A program made the translations under genes and the position numbers. Shown here piece after piece: positions 27,487-51,362 of a DNA stretch of 64,000 nucleotides (positions are counted from its first letter, which is position 1; every line of letters begins with the position of its first letter). A model generated the notes under the pieces. It was not told where the DNA came from, did not search any database, and saw only the letters and a list, made by a program, of their open reading frames with translations. The stretch is from the human T2T-CHM13v2.0 reference genome, Homo sapiens. Location: assembly GCF_009914755.1 (NCBI RefSeq), contig NC_060939.1. One strand, written 5' to 3'.

Positions 27487-27899
27487 TGAATTTTTTAACT
27501 GTATATAATTATTAAAGATGTTTTTCAAATTAATTAAAAATTTAAAAGTAGACACTGTCCACTGTGTACAATACAGCAGATCAAAGACTGAAAAGGCACA
27601 ATCTTCTCCCTCAAGGAGTTCCCAGGATCCTGAGGAAGATGGGACTCTAAACAAAGAGCAGCAACACTGCGCTGGTAAATAAGAGAGCACAGTGCGACTG
27701 CAGTGAAAAGGAGAAGGGCACTCAGTCCCTAGATTGATCGGGGAAGATAACAGAGGCTGGGACATTCGAACTGAGTCTTACAGTACAGGAGCCTGAGAAC
27801 AACTTCTTTCTCCTGCCCCAAATCTTTACAAATGGAGAACGACTTGTTTAAGCCTATAGCTACCCTAGAAAGGAAAAAGGAGTGCCCTTGGTGGGTGGG

Positions 27900-28308
27900 T
27901 ATATTAGTCCATTTTTGCACTGCGATAAAGAAACACTTGAGACTGGGAAATTTATAAAGAAAAGAGGTTTAATTGGCTCATGGTTCTGCAGGCTGTATAG
28001 GAAGCACAGCGGCTTCTGCTTCTGGGGAGCCTTCAGGAAGCTTCCAATCATGGCGGAAGGTGAAGGGAGACAGAGGCACTTCAAATGGCCGGAGCAGGAG
28101 GGAGACAGCGGGGAGGTGCTACATACCTTTAAACAACCAGATCTCGTGAGAATTCTGTCACGAATACAGCACCAAAGGAATGGTGCTAAACCATTTATGA
28201 AGGATCCACTCCCGTGATCCAGTCACCTTCCACCAGGCCCCACCTCCAACACTGGGGATTACAATTTGATACAAGACTTTTGCAGGGGGATAAATCCAAA
28301 CTACATCA
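27900..28308 (-). mobile_element. MST (MSTA/B) solo LTR, complete
   Basis: tatattagtcc...gaaaagaggtttaattggctcatggttctgcaggctgt...ccaaactacatca; 5-bp TSD GTGGG (27895-27899, 28309-28313). Confidence 0.9.
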
Positions 28309-28394
28309 GTGGGTAACTATGGTAAACAGCCCAAATGCAAGGGGTATTCAAGTGAAGAAGACACCCACAGCCTGAAATGTACTCAGAAAGCTGC

Positions 28395-28775
28395 TGCAGC
28401 ACTTATGGGCATATACCCCAAAGAATGGAAAGCGGGAATTCAAAGAGATACTTGTACACCTATGTTCATGGCGGACTTACTCACAATAGCCCACAGGGTG
28501 GAAGCAAACTGAGTGTCCACCAACAGAAGAATGGATAAACCAAACGTGGTACATGCATACAATGGAATATTATGCAGCTTAAGAAAGAAATCCTGGCACA
28601 GGCTACCACATGGAAGAATCTTCGAAACATGATGCTAAGTGAAATAAGCCAGTCAGAAAAGGACAAATACTGTGTGATTTCACTTACATGAAGCACCTAC
28701 AGTAGTTGAATTCATAAGACAGAAAGTAGAAGATGGTTTCCAGAGGCCTGGGGAGGGGAATGGGGAACAAGATCC
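28395..28775 (+). mobile_element. L1MB 3' fragment
   Basis: catatacccca aagaatggaaagcggg...ggacaaatactgtgtgatttcacttacatga. Confidence 0.8.
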
Positions 28776-29005
28776 CATTCATGTAAGGGAGATAAAACAC
28801 TAAACAAGACTATGCTCCCATAGGAACACCCATATTTCCTAGAAGATCTGGAAGCATACTCCTGACTGAGGTTGTCTTTGGGGAAAGGCTTGAAACCTGT
28901 AGTAAAAGGAATGTTTAGCATTACCTGAGTGTCTGGATTTTTTAATACCAAGAATGTATTTGGGCATTCATACAAGAATAACTTCAGTTTAAATGAGAAA
29001 AGTTG

Positions 29006-29259
29006 GCTAGGTGCAGTGGCTCACACCTGTAATCGCTGTGCTTTGGGAGGGTGAGACAGGAGGATTCCTTGCAACATAGCAAGACTTTGTCTCCACAAAA
29101 ATAAAAAATAATTAGCCAGATGTGGTGGCACATGCCTGTAGTCCCAGCTACTTGGGAGGTTGAGGCAGGAGGATTGCTTCAGCCCAGCTTTTCAAGGCTG
29201 CAGTGAGCTATGATCTCACTACTGCACTCCAGCCTGGGCGACAGAGTGAGACCCTGTCT

Positions 29260-29300
<41 letters not shown>
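29006..29300 (+). mobile_element. AluJ with internal deletion and A40 tail
   Basis: A-run 29261-29300 followed by (GA)n. Confidence 0.9.
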
Positions 29301-29301
<1 letters not shown>

Positions 29302-29877
29302 AGAGAGAGAGAGAGAGAAAAGGATGGCACAATAGTTTCTTAGTCTTAACCACACGCGTTAACAAAAATAGTAGGGTCTATTTTATTTGACAACACCCAC
29401 CAAAAGTTCAAGTTCTATTAGTTTTCATATACTTAAAAAAAATGTTTCCCTCGGAAACATCACCTTGACATATCTTGGGGGAAACATAGAACGTGGAGAA
29501 TTGTTTCTGTTGCTCTCCCCCACCCCACTCCATGCCAACATTCTGCATCTCTGTGCTGAACATCAGGGAGCCACTGGCCTTGTCAGCCTTCACATTAGGC
29601 CTGCCCTCTCCCTGCTGCAGATCAGCAGCCTGTCTCGGCCTGTTGGAACTCTCCCTTAGTGTGTTGGAGACGTTGAGACATTGTGACAAAAGTATGGAAC
29701 CAGGAGTCAAGGAAGCTTCAGTCCTGGCTCGGGCTACTTATTTTTTGTTCAAAGTTAGCTTTTCATTTAAATGTCTGTGTTTCTGTTTCCTTGTTTAAAA
29801 AATGTTATAATATATGGCTATCGTAAAGTTGTTGCAAAAACTCAAAGGAGAATACAGACATTTAAGATAGTCTGCAT

Positions 29878-30047
29878 GGGCCGGCATGGCGGCTCACGCC
29901 TGAAATCTCAGCACTTTGGGAGGCTGAGGTGGGAGGATTTCTCGAACCCAGGAGGAGGCTAGGCTACACTGAGCCATGTTCATGCCACTGCACCCCAGCC
30001 TGGAGCCTGGGTGACAAGGCAAGACTTTATCTCAAAAAAAAAAAAAA
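29878..30047 (+). mobile_element. Alu monomer (FRAM/FAM-like)
   Basis: Single ~155-nt arm plus A tail. Confidence 0.8.
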
Positions 30048-30050
30048 GAC

Positions 30051-30710
30051 TTTTTTTTTTTTAAGTTCTGGGATACATGTGCAGAACCTGCATGTTTGTT
30101 ACATAAGTATCCATGTGCGGCCGGGCGCGGTGGCTCACGCCTGTAATCCCAGCACTTTGGGAGGCCGAGGCGGGTGGATCACGAGGTCAGGAGATCGAGA
30201 CCATCCTGGCTAACACGGTGAAACCTCGTCTCTACTAAAAATACAAAAAGAAATTAGCCGGGCGTGGTGGCGGGCACCTGTAGTCCCAGCTACTCGGAAG
30301 GCTGAGGCAGGAGAATGGCGTGAACCCGGGAGGCGGAGCTTGCAGTTTGCGCCACTGCACTCCAGAGCCTGGGAGACAGAGCGAGACTCCGTATCAGAAA
30401 AAAAAAAAAAAAAAAAAAAAAAAAGTATCCTTGTGCTATGGTGGTTTGCTGCACCTATCAACCTGTCATCTTGGTTTTAATTCCCGTATACATTAGGTAT
30501 TTGTCCTAATGCTCTCCCTCCTCTTGCCCCCTACCCCCCAACAGGCCCGTGTGTGATGTTTTCCTCCCTGTGTCCATGTGTTCTCATTGTTCAACTCCCG
30601 CTTATGAGTGAGAACACACAGTGTCTGGTTTTCTGTTCCTGTCTTAGTTTGCTGAGGATGATGGTTTCCAGCTTCATCCACGTCCCTGCAAAGGACATGA
30701 ACTCATTCTT
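30051..30710 (-). mobile_element. L1PA 3' fragment interrupted by an AluY (30119-30424, plus)
   Basis: ttaagttctgggatacatgtgcagaac...gttctcattgttcaactccc; AluY TSD aagtatcc(a/t)tgtgc; L1 TSD aaaaaagac. Confidence 0.9.
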
Positions 30711-30902
30711 ATAAAAAAGACATTTAGTCTTTGGGAAATAAATACTGAAGATTAGCTTCAAATGGACAGTGGTTTGGATGTGATTCTTGCATCTCTGACT
30801 AAATCGTAAACTTATCCAAGTCATTGTCCACTGTGGCTCCCACAAAGCTTTCAGGCCTGTCTTCGTTGGTGATCTTGCTTTGATGTGCTATGAAAGACTG
30901 TC

Positions 30903-30931
30903 CCAGCAGATGGCAGAAGAGAACTGAGTCA
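30903..30931 (+). promoter_or_regulatory. Candidate CTCF core (CCAGCAGATGGCAG) with adjacent AP-1 site (TGAGTCA)
   Basis: Motif matches only, in non-repeat sequence. Confidence 0.35.
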
Positions 30932-31329
30932 GGAAAAACCAGCCTGGGTATTTCAGTGTGCACTGTGCACTGGGTAAAGCTTCTGCACCTTAATGTCCCT
31001 GCCGCGGTAGCGCTACACGTCGACTTCACAATCGCTGCTGAACTTCCCTAATAAAGGTGGGTCAGCAAAGGCGTGAGGGTTACCACTCTATCCAAACACC
31101 ATGTCACTGAGACTCACTTAGGAAGAACATTCATTTCCTGAGTACTTCCGTAGTACTGGAAACGGGGATGAATACAAAATAGTCCCTGTCCCCACAGAAT
31201 TCATAGTCCAGCTGAGATCAAATAAGGACAGAACAATTTGCATTTTGCCGGGCTGTCCTCTAATGACAATAATTTCCTGAATGTTTTCAGGTTGCCTGTT
31301 TTAGCCATATGTTCTTCTCTGGCCGCTTC

Positions 31330-32058
31330 TCTCCAGCCCCAGCCTCAAGTCCAACTCATGATCTCTGGCCTAGGCTACAGCAACAACCTCCTAAGGGAGC
31401 TGCCTCTGCTCTTATCCACCTCCAGTTTATTCTCACCGCATAGACAAGATAATGTTTTAAAAATGCAAATGCGATTACACTGTATACCACCTACTCAAAA
31501 GATCTAATGGCTTTGTATTGACCTCATAATAATACCCCTGCCCTTAATCTTACTTAAAAGGCTTTTTGTGATCCGATCCCTGTTTTTCTTCTCCTAACTT
31601 ATCTCACCCTCTCCTCCTGCAATCAACTCAAGAGGCTGACTTTCAGTTTCCCAAATGATTTTTATCCCCTACCAGATTTGCCCAAATTGCTTTTCTCTCT
31701 ACCTAGAATGCCTTAAAACTAAAACTCACTCCCTCCCATCTACCCATCCTCCTTAACTTGGCTAACTAGTATTTATTCTTCTGCTCTCAGGTTAGATATC
31801 CTTTCTTTTGGGAAACTATCCCTGACAGTATAAGGCTGGGCTGAATAATCCTCCTGAGTACTCCAGAGCACCCTCTGCTTCCATTCCCCTCGCATTTACC
31901 GTATTTCTTCGTAATGAGTTTGCGTATCTTCCCCTGTCTACTGTAAATTCCTGGCACATGAGGACTTCCTCTCGCACAACAATGTATCCCATTTCTTGAC
32001 ACAGTTCTTGGTACAGAGCCGCACTCGATCAAAACTTATCAAGTAAATGAATAAATCA
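31330..32058 (+). mobile_element. L2 3' fragment
   Basis: ctacagcaacaacctcctaa...ctagaatgcc...ggtacagagccgcactcgatc...taaatgaataaat. Confidence 0.7.
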
Positions 32059-32128
32059 ATCATAAAACACAATTGATACCATCCAAGAAGTCATAAAATT
32101 CTTGGGGCACAAGGTCTTAGGAGAGTAG

Positions 32129-32455
<327 letters not shown>

Positions 32456-32511
32456 AGCCATATCCCTTTTCATCAAGATGTTGTCAACCATACGCTCTCA
32501 AATCAAGTTGT

Positions 32512-32810
32512 GACCAGGTGCGGTGGCTCACGCCTGTAACCTCAGCACTTTGGAAGGCCAAGGCAGGAGGATTGCTTGGGCTCAGGAGTTCAAGACCAGC
32601 CTGGGCAGCATAGGGAGATCCCATCTCTACAAAAATCATTTAAAAATACTAGCTGGGCGTGATAGCATGCACCTGTGGTCCCAGCTACTCAGGCGGCTGA
32701 GGGGGGAGAATCATCTGACCCCAGGAGGTCAAGGCTACAGTGAGCCATGATTGCACCACTGCCCTCCAACCTGAATGACAGAGCAAGACCCTGTCTCAAA
32801 ATAACCAAAC
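32512..32810 (+). mobile_element. AluJ
   Basis: Full dimer. Confidence 0.9.
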
Positions 32811-32954
32811 AGAACAAAGACAAGTCGTTGTTGTTTTATGCAAACAGGCTTTGAACTTGGAGCAAGTCACCTAGTCAATCTTCTTATCCACAGCAAAGGA
32901 GTTCTGAAACAAACAAACAAACAAACAAAAGCAATTTTTACCTTTCACAGTGTT

Positions 32955-33400
32955 TCTTGTGTCATCCCAGATGGTTAAAATGAAAAGGCTTTAATGAAGG
33001 GACTATTCACAGAGTTTCTGGACTGGATAAGGTAACAAACAAGGTATGGTAGGACACCTAGAGACTAGCAATGGTGAGAAGCTATTACTACCCTCCCCGC
33101 TTCCAGGGCCTATTGAGACAAGGGAAGGAAACACTTATCAGAGCCCAGTGAGTAAGAGTTGTACCTAGGATGCAGCTACAGTTAGATATAGCATGCCAAA
33201 GCAGGAAGAGAGCTGGAAAGAGCTACCCTGACCTCTGCTGAATCCCACCCTCCCATCTTCCCACAGAGCCTCCCACTGGCTGAACCCCAAAAGCCAGCTA
33301 GGAAGAAAGCCTGGACAGTGCAGTCCACTGGATTCAGCGGAGCAGGGAAGAGCATGAAACTGGGAGGGACCCTAGGCCCACAAATAACCAGCATCACACA
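32955..33400. mobile_element. Ancient LTR fragment (ERVL-type; subfamily uncertain)
   Basis: tttaatgaagggactattcacagag...gcctcccactggctgaacccc. Confidence 0.5.
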
Positions 33401-33579
33401 TTACGCATTGTCTTCCTGCTATGACAGATGAGGACTCAGCTCCCTTACCTGCAACCCCCCACTCAATATAGTTCTGGCACTATTTTTAGTAGCTGTATTT
33501 TAATAAGCACCTCAGCCAGCACCTGTGAAAGCAGGACTGCATCCTCTCTATGTCCTTAGAAAAATGTAATTAAGAAATA

Positions 33580-35760
<2,181 letters not shown>

Positions 35761-35880
35761 TCTCAGAGGGGTTGGGAGGGGCAGGCAGGAATTTAAAAAA
35801 TATATTCTCTTTGTGACTTTACCTAATGTTTATTTTATCTTAGTTGTGACTTGTTATGATCCCCCAATCTGAAGATTCAT

Positions 35881-36258
35881 ATATATATATATATAATATA
35901 TATATTATACACACACACACACACATACATATGCATATATATACACACACATATACATATATACATTTTTTTTTTTGAGATGGAGTCTCGCTTTGTTGCC
36001 CAGGCTGGAGTGCAGTGGCAGGATCTCTGCTCACTGGGACCTCCACCTCCTGGATTCAAGCCATTCTCCTGCCTCAGCCTCCTGAGTAGCTAGGATTACA
36101 GGTGCGCACTACCATGCCTGGCTAATTTTTGTATTTTTAATAGAGACGAATTTTCACTGTGTTGGCCAGTCTTGTCTCGAACTCCTGGCCTCAGGTGATC
36201 CACCCGCCTTGGCCTCCCAAAGTGCTGGGATCACAGGTGTGAACAACTGCACCTGACC
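35881..36258 (-). mobile_element. AluS (35966-36258) with tail-derived (TA)n/(CA)n microsatellite (35881-35965)
   Basis: TSD TGAAGATTCAT at 35870-35880 and 36259-36269 encloses both. Confidence 0.9.
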
Positions 36259-37179
36259 TGAAGATTCATTTTTAACTAGTGTTTTCATTAAGCAGGACCC
36301 AAAGGAGTATAAGAAAAAAAAACTAACTTGATTATTTCTCCCCACCCCTTCAAACTTTCTCTGCAGTTTCTTCCCTATTCCTGCATAAAATCTCAAATAA
36401 CCTAATAATTACACAATTTGGGACTAGTCCAATGTAATATGAATAATATAAATTTATTCCAGTTCAAATCTTCCTTTCCACAGCTCTAAAAACAGGCATC
36501 TTTGCCCATTATTAGTGAAAGTGTGGCTCAGGGTACAGCCATCACCTGTCACTCTGCTGCCAGGCAGGAACATCTCCAACCATGGCCTCCTGATTTTAGA
36601 CTTTTCAGGTATGAGTCATAGAGCTGCCCTAGACCCTCCAACTTCAGAAGACAAATGTCAAGCGAGCCAGGGAGTATTAGTGAAATCACTTTCTTCTGAC
36701 TTAAAATGACTCTTGCTCTTCCTCCACAACTGTCCTAAGAACACAGTACATCAGTATAACAAACTTCTTAAAATTCCATCTGGGCGACCTGTACTAGAGG
36801 ATCTCAAAGATTTCTTCCACCTTCACTTTTTATTACCTTATGAGAAAAAAGCGGGGAACATTTGTGTTTCTTTAAAACAATTCCCTACTCTGGTACGTAA
36901 GTATGTTGCCTCTTCCACCAGAAGGTTTAATTTTTAATAATCTAAGCTATGGTAAGAATTTCAATAATTCAAATAAACTTTCAGGTGAAAGAATATGGGA
37001 CGAGAACAGGCTGAAGTTCCCCTTTCCTTTTCCCCAAAGCCTGTCATCACACTTACAGCGCCAGCCATGTGGCTTGCTCATCATATTTAATGAGAGCAGT
37101 GATCCAGAGGGTTTTGGAGTAGTCTCTGGTTCTCCAGTCTATGCCCAGTAAGCTCATCAAGAATCAAAATTCCTCAAAA

Positions 37180-39280
<2,101 letters not shown>

Positions 39281-39289
39281 TAGTTTATG

Positions 39290-39686
39290 TCTCCTACCTC
39301 ACTGTTTCTCTCTTCTTCTTCTGGTACTCTAATTACACTTATGTTAGACCATTCGATATTGTCTCACAGCTTTTGGGTGCTCTGGGGTTTTTACTTTTTT
39401 TTCTCTTTGGGTTTTGGTTTGCATAATTTTTAACGACCTGTCTTCAGGTTCATATATTCTTTCCTCAGCAATGTAAAGTCTCCTGAACTGCTCATTGACA
39501 TAATTCATATCTGTTACCTTGTTTTTTATTTCTATCAATTAAATTTGACTCTTTCATATATTTTATCTCTCTACTGAAATCCGTCTATTCATACATGTTG
39601 TTTCCATTTTCCAATGGAGCCTTTAACATATTAATCATAGTTATTTTAAGTTCCCAGATAGTCTCAACATCTAGGTAGTCTTTAGG
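39290..39686 (-). mobile_element. Old L1M ORF1-region fragment (continues ~46136-47750, with an Alu at 46265-46561)
   Basis: ORF 39344-39538 (MIEIKN...RLYIAEERIYEPEDRSLKIMQT) resembles the L1 ORF1 coiled coil. Confidence 0.65.
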
Positions 39687-39699
39687 ATTGCTTTTATTC

Positions 39700-46117
<6,418 letters not shown>

Positions 46118-46250
46118 GATAAATTGGTTTTATTCATCCTTAATCAGGCTTTTTTTCTTATGTGTATATCTTGTAATTTTTTTTTTTTTTTACTGACTGC
46201 TGGACAGTGTGTGTAGAATAAAGATGAAGATAAATAGCACTTGTGCCTGA

Positions 46251-46607
<357 letters not shown>

Positions 46608-47779
46608 TGAGTCAATCTGGTCAGGAACTGAGAAGGGGATTTTGTTGCTATAGTTACCTTCAGTGTAACTAGTGAACCAGTGGCTTCAGATTCCTCTAGT
46701 GTGACCTTGTGCTTGGTACGGGGGCTGGATGCCGGAGGGTTTTTCTAAACATCTCTACTCCACGCTTAGCTTTCAGCCTTCCCATGTGTGTGCACTACAC
46801 AGAGGATCTCCTCCCATGCTCTTGTCTCTTCCGCAGTAGTAAGCTGAAATGCTTGAAACTCAGTGCTTGCTCACCTGATTTTGTGGGGCAGGGGGAGGGA
46901 CAGAAGGGGGAATTCTCTGTTGGAAAGAAGAGGATTTTCTGTTAAACTGGTAAGCTGTTTGTGCCTGGGTCTCAGAGGTATGACTTTCTTACTGATCCTG
47001 CCTTTCTTCCCCACTGTAAGCCAAATTCTGCTTTCTTCTTTAGCTCTTGTGCAAGACATAACTTCCTGCACTTTCCCCACCAGTAGGAGGCTGCTAGTTG
47101 TATTGGTATAGCATTCATACTTAGAATGTTTTCCTACCCCTTTCCCTGGCATAGAAAGAATGTTGTCTTTGACCTTTCCCCCAGCTCCCTGTGGTGCTCC
47201 CTCAATGTGGTGCTACCTCTCAGTTGGCCGCTTCTCCTTCAATAGCTCATGGCTTTGGTTCCATAGGGGAGGAGTCTCCTGTGGCAGGGACCAATTTCCT
47301 CCATCCTTCAGTTCTTAACCAACTAGAGAACTTTCTGTTCTCCCTCCGTGACTCAATCTTTCTTGTGAGCAATCAACAGAAGTCCATGGAGAAGAAACTA
47401 CTACTAAGTGTGAACTTCCCTGGTGTCTGGTATCCCAAGGTTTCTATACTGTCACTGTAGCCCATACTCAGCTTTTACCAAATCATTACAAATTTTAGTT
47501 GACTTCTTACCTACTAATATGGTACCCAATGTTTCTACCACCCATGCTCTGCCCAAAGGGGAGCTAATGTGTGGATCTTCTCTCTTCTCAGAGGGGCCGG
47601 TCTTTGCTTGGATTTCAGGCTGCTTAGTCACCCTCCAAACTGAATTCTCAGATGGGTTTAAGAAAAGTTATAATGTTGCAGTTTATCTGGCTTTTTCTTG
47701 TTATGTGGGAGTAATACTTTTTTAGCTTTCTATATCCTTGGTGAAAGTAGAGTCTATCTATATCTTTAACTCTTATTTC

Positions 47780-48079
47780 TTTTTTTTTTTATTTTGAGAT
47801 AGGGTTTCACTCTGTCACCCAGGCTAGAGTACTGTGGGGCTATCACAGCTCACTGCAACCTCAAACTCTCTGGGCTCAGGAGATCCTTCCATCTCAGCCT
47901 CCCAAGCAGCTGGGATTACAGACACATGCCACCACACCTGGATAATTTTTTGTGTTTTTAGTAGAGACAGGGTTTTGTCATGTTGCCCAGGCTGGTATCA
48001 AACTCCTGGGCTCAAGCGATCTACCTTCCTCAGCCTCCCAAAGTTCTGGGATTACAGGCATGAGCCACTGCACCTGGCC
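47780..48079 (-). mobile_element. AluJ
   Basis: TSD taactctt(c)atttctt. Confidence 0.9.
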
Positions 48080-48127
48080 TAACTCTTCATTTCTTAATTT
48101 AAAAAATTTTTAAAGAGATCCAAATTA

Positions 48128-48162
48128 TATCAATAAAAAAATAAATTAAAAAAAAAAAAAAA
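48128..48162 (+). mobile_element. Ultra-truncated retrotransposon insertion, probably an SVA 3' tail
   Basis: TATCAATAAAAAAATAAATT+A15 between perfect 16-bp TSDs AAAGAGATCCAAATTA (48112-48127, 48163-48178). Confidence 0.75.
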
Positions 48163-48204
48163 AAAGAGATCCAAATTAGTGAAGTGACATCATATGTTAA
48201 ATCT

Positions 48205-48655
48205 GGTTGTTGGTTCCACGGCCTGGCAAAGAATTTTTTAGCTGGCCACATCATCTTGAATTAAAACTTCATTTCCCACCTATCACGCAATTAGATGTGG
48301 CCACGTTACTACATTTTAGCCAACAAGATATGAATGAAAGTGTGGTATAAACATTCTTGGGAGTTTCTTTAGAGAGAAAGAGGAATTCCTATGGGGTAGG
48401 ATGTGGGTGAGATTTCTGGAGTTCCAACAACCATCTTGCAAATGCAAAGGCATCCCAAGAATGGCACACCAGAGAGGTGGAGGTTGCATCCCCAGTGCTG
48501 ATGATATAGAACTGCCAAACCAGCCCTGGATTGACCATCTACAGACACAGTTTAGGTGACAGAAAAATAAATGTCTTTCTTGTCTAAGCCCATGTTATTG
48601 CCTGGAATGAAGAGGAACTCATTCTATTGCCACCCATCTTAATCCAAACTGCCAC
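48205..48655 (+). mobile_element. Old MLT1 (J/I-like) LTR
   Basis: catttcccacc...gatgtggccacgttactacattttagccaa...cagccctggattg...gaaaaataaatgtctttcttgtctaagcc. Confidence 0.65.
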
Positions 48656-49436
48656 ACTTGGTGACATATTGTTTTGGTATGTTTGAATTATTTCATAATC
48701 TAAATGTTTAATTAAAGCAAAATTGCACAGACAGTAAAAATATCAACAATATATAAATATGCATTGAGGAAGAGAAATATGTCAACATTGCTTCTCTCTG
48801 GGTAGTGAGATTATGTGTACGTTCTTTTCTTTTATCCTCAGCCATGTCTATTCGACTTTTCCACATTGAGCATGATTCATCGAAGTTTTTGTTATACTGA
48901 AGCGTGGTTCTCCTCCTCTGCTGGCACTGGTATGTCATCGCCTCTGGGCTGCTTAGAAGACTCCTTTAGCATGTGCTATTTCCATAGCACCTCTCTGCAA
49001 CCTTCATCTTTCTTTGTGAGTCTCTTCCTCCTGACCATGTGGTAGCTCCATTCTGAAACCAGAATTATAAATAAATAAAGACTTGGATTTGCCTCTGTCT
49101 TTCCCCACACTTAATACTTCCTGCTCCTGTTCACCAAGGAGGAGATTTTCTCCCAACCAGTGACTTCAGCTTCAATTAGGAGTTCCAAAGCAATCCTGGC
49201 ACTCTTGGCTTTAGCATCCTTTCTCAAATGTCTTGGAATAACTGCCAAGCACTGTATTGGAGACCATAACATTACCTAGGATCTCCCAGGGACCAAGAAC
49301 CACTGTCTCCTTGAATTCTGGATGATCTGCTACTTCACAATAAGTTCCAAACTCATAAAGAGTATCCAAAGCCCCAGAGTTTGAGGGTAATCTTTGTTTC
49401 CCTCCTTGTTCAAGACAGTACATTTTACTGACCTGG

Positions 49437-49914
49437 TATATTCTTTATCTATTGCTGCATTGAAAATTACTCCAGTTGGGCTACAGTCAACACAAGGTTC
49501 AACTGGGACAAGATATACTTCCAAACTCATCCGGTGGCTGTTGGCAGGTTTCACTTCCTTTTGGGCCGTTGGGCTGAGGACCCAGTTCTCTGCTGGATGC
49601 TGACTAGAAGCTGCCCTGGATTTCTTGCCTTGCAGGTTCCTCCAACATGGCAGCTGGTTTCAGCATCAAAGCACACAAGCCAAGAAGTCAATAGAGAGGA
49701 GAAAGCAGCAGCAAGAGAGATTCCTAGCAAAGTAGAAATCACAACCTCTTGCAACCTCATCATGAAAGTGACATCCCATTGCTTTTGTCATATTCCATTC
49801 ATGAGAAGCAGGTCAATAGGTCTGGCCTGAACACAAGGGGAGGAGCTTACCTAAAGAGGTAAGGACCAGGAGTTAGAGAGCACTGCAATATATCTTAGGA
49901 GTCTGCCTACCGCA
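49437..49914 (-). mobile_element. MLT1E-like LTR, internally deleted
   Basis: tatctattgctgcat...cttccaaactcat...tcttaggagtctgcctaccgca. Confidence 0.7.
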
Positions 49915-50789
49915 CGAGGCCTCACCATCAGTCCAAAAGTCCCCTTCAGTTTTTCCCAGGAGATCTAGCAGGACCTCAGGCAACCTGGACTTCAAATGAC
50001 CCCTTCTGCTATCCCTAGTTCTATATGTAGCAGCCCAGACACATTAATTTCTACTTTCCAAAGTTGTTCTTCTGTCCTCTACTTGTCACACCATCAAATT
50101 TAGTTTGGGCTTTCAGAGAATGAAAATGGCAGACAGACAAAAGGAAAGCTTATCTGAAGTTTAAGATTTTAAGGATGCTGCCAGTTTCCAAAAGCAATTC
50201 TACCCTGGTAAAATAAAATCCTTATTCTGCTCGTCCAGGACACTTGACCCAGAGCCCAACAAGGCGGTATTCCCGTTCACACTCACTGAAGCCACTCTGT
50301 CTTCCTGCAAGAGTTATCTTGGCCCTAGTCTGTAGCTCATCTCCTACAGGGGCACTTAAAAGGAAACAACAGTTCTTGGTCCAAAGCAATAAAGAGACAA
50401 GTGAGTCATAACAGTCTGGGTTCTTCACCAGCATAAGCGCTTCCATGAATCGCCTCTATAAAAACCCTGCCCTTCTAGCCCAAGCCGTGTTCCAAGTTCC
50501 AAAACCTTCCATTCAAGGGTTTTATAACTCAGCCCTGTGCTCAGAAATGTCACTGCACATAAGAGGGCCTTTGATCTCTGGCCATACCCAAGCCCATAGT
50601 CTGCAGCGAAGCATGCTTTGATAACTATCTAAAGAGAAAAGCACTTTGGTTTCCTCTCATCTATTTCTATTCTACTTTTAATAAGCTGCTTAGCTTCAGG
50701 CGTCTGCCCTCTGCCCTCCAAGCTTCATCTCAACCAGAAGTAAAACAGGCTTGTGGTTGTGTGCTTTGAGAGCTCATGAAATAACAATA

Positions 50790-50980
50790 GTGGTAGCAAA
50801 CACCAATAAAGGGCTTACTACGTGCCAGGCACCATCCTAAGTAGTTTCTGTAGGTTATCCTATGTAGGTTTTCACAGATGAGGAAATGGAAGCATAGAAA
50901 GGCACTGAGTGACTAGCTTTCTGATGAAGTCACAGTCAGAGAAACAGAGCCAGAAGTTAAAATCAAGCAACGCATCTCCA
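50790..50980. mobile_element. MIR
   Basis: gcttactacgtgccaggcacc...ttttcacagatgaggaaatggaagca. Confidence 0.7.
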
Positions 50981-51362
50981 AAATGCATCTTACCCCTGTG
51001 CAATGAAAGAGAATACAAGCCCCCTCAGAGAAGGGAAAATATGAAGTCAGAAATACGAGTATTTCTTTAATAAGAGAGAAGATTTGCAGCAAACTCCTTC
51101 AATCTAGAAACACTTTCTTTTTCCAGGTACTGTGTTAGAAATCCCTTCAGTAGGAAAACTAAATGGGCAAGTCTTTAAACCAAACCAAAATGTTTCCTGA
51201 GCTTTCAATGAATCAAATTGAACTCAAGGCCCCAAGTCTGAATAAATTATGCCCTAAGATCTGTCAGAAGCAGTAGATTTCTTCTATTGGGTTTTTCTTC
51301 CATTCGATATAAAGACATAAGCGCTCTGTTGCTGCCCAATTGCTTTATTTAAAAAAAAAAAA

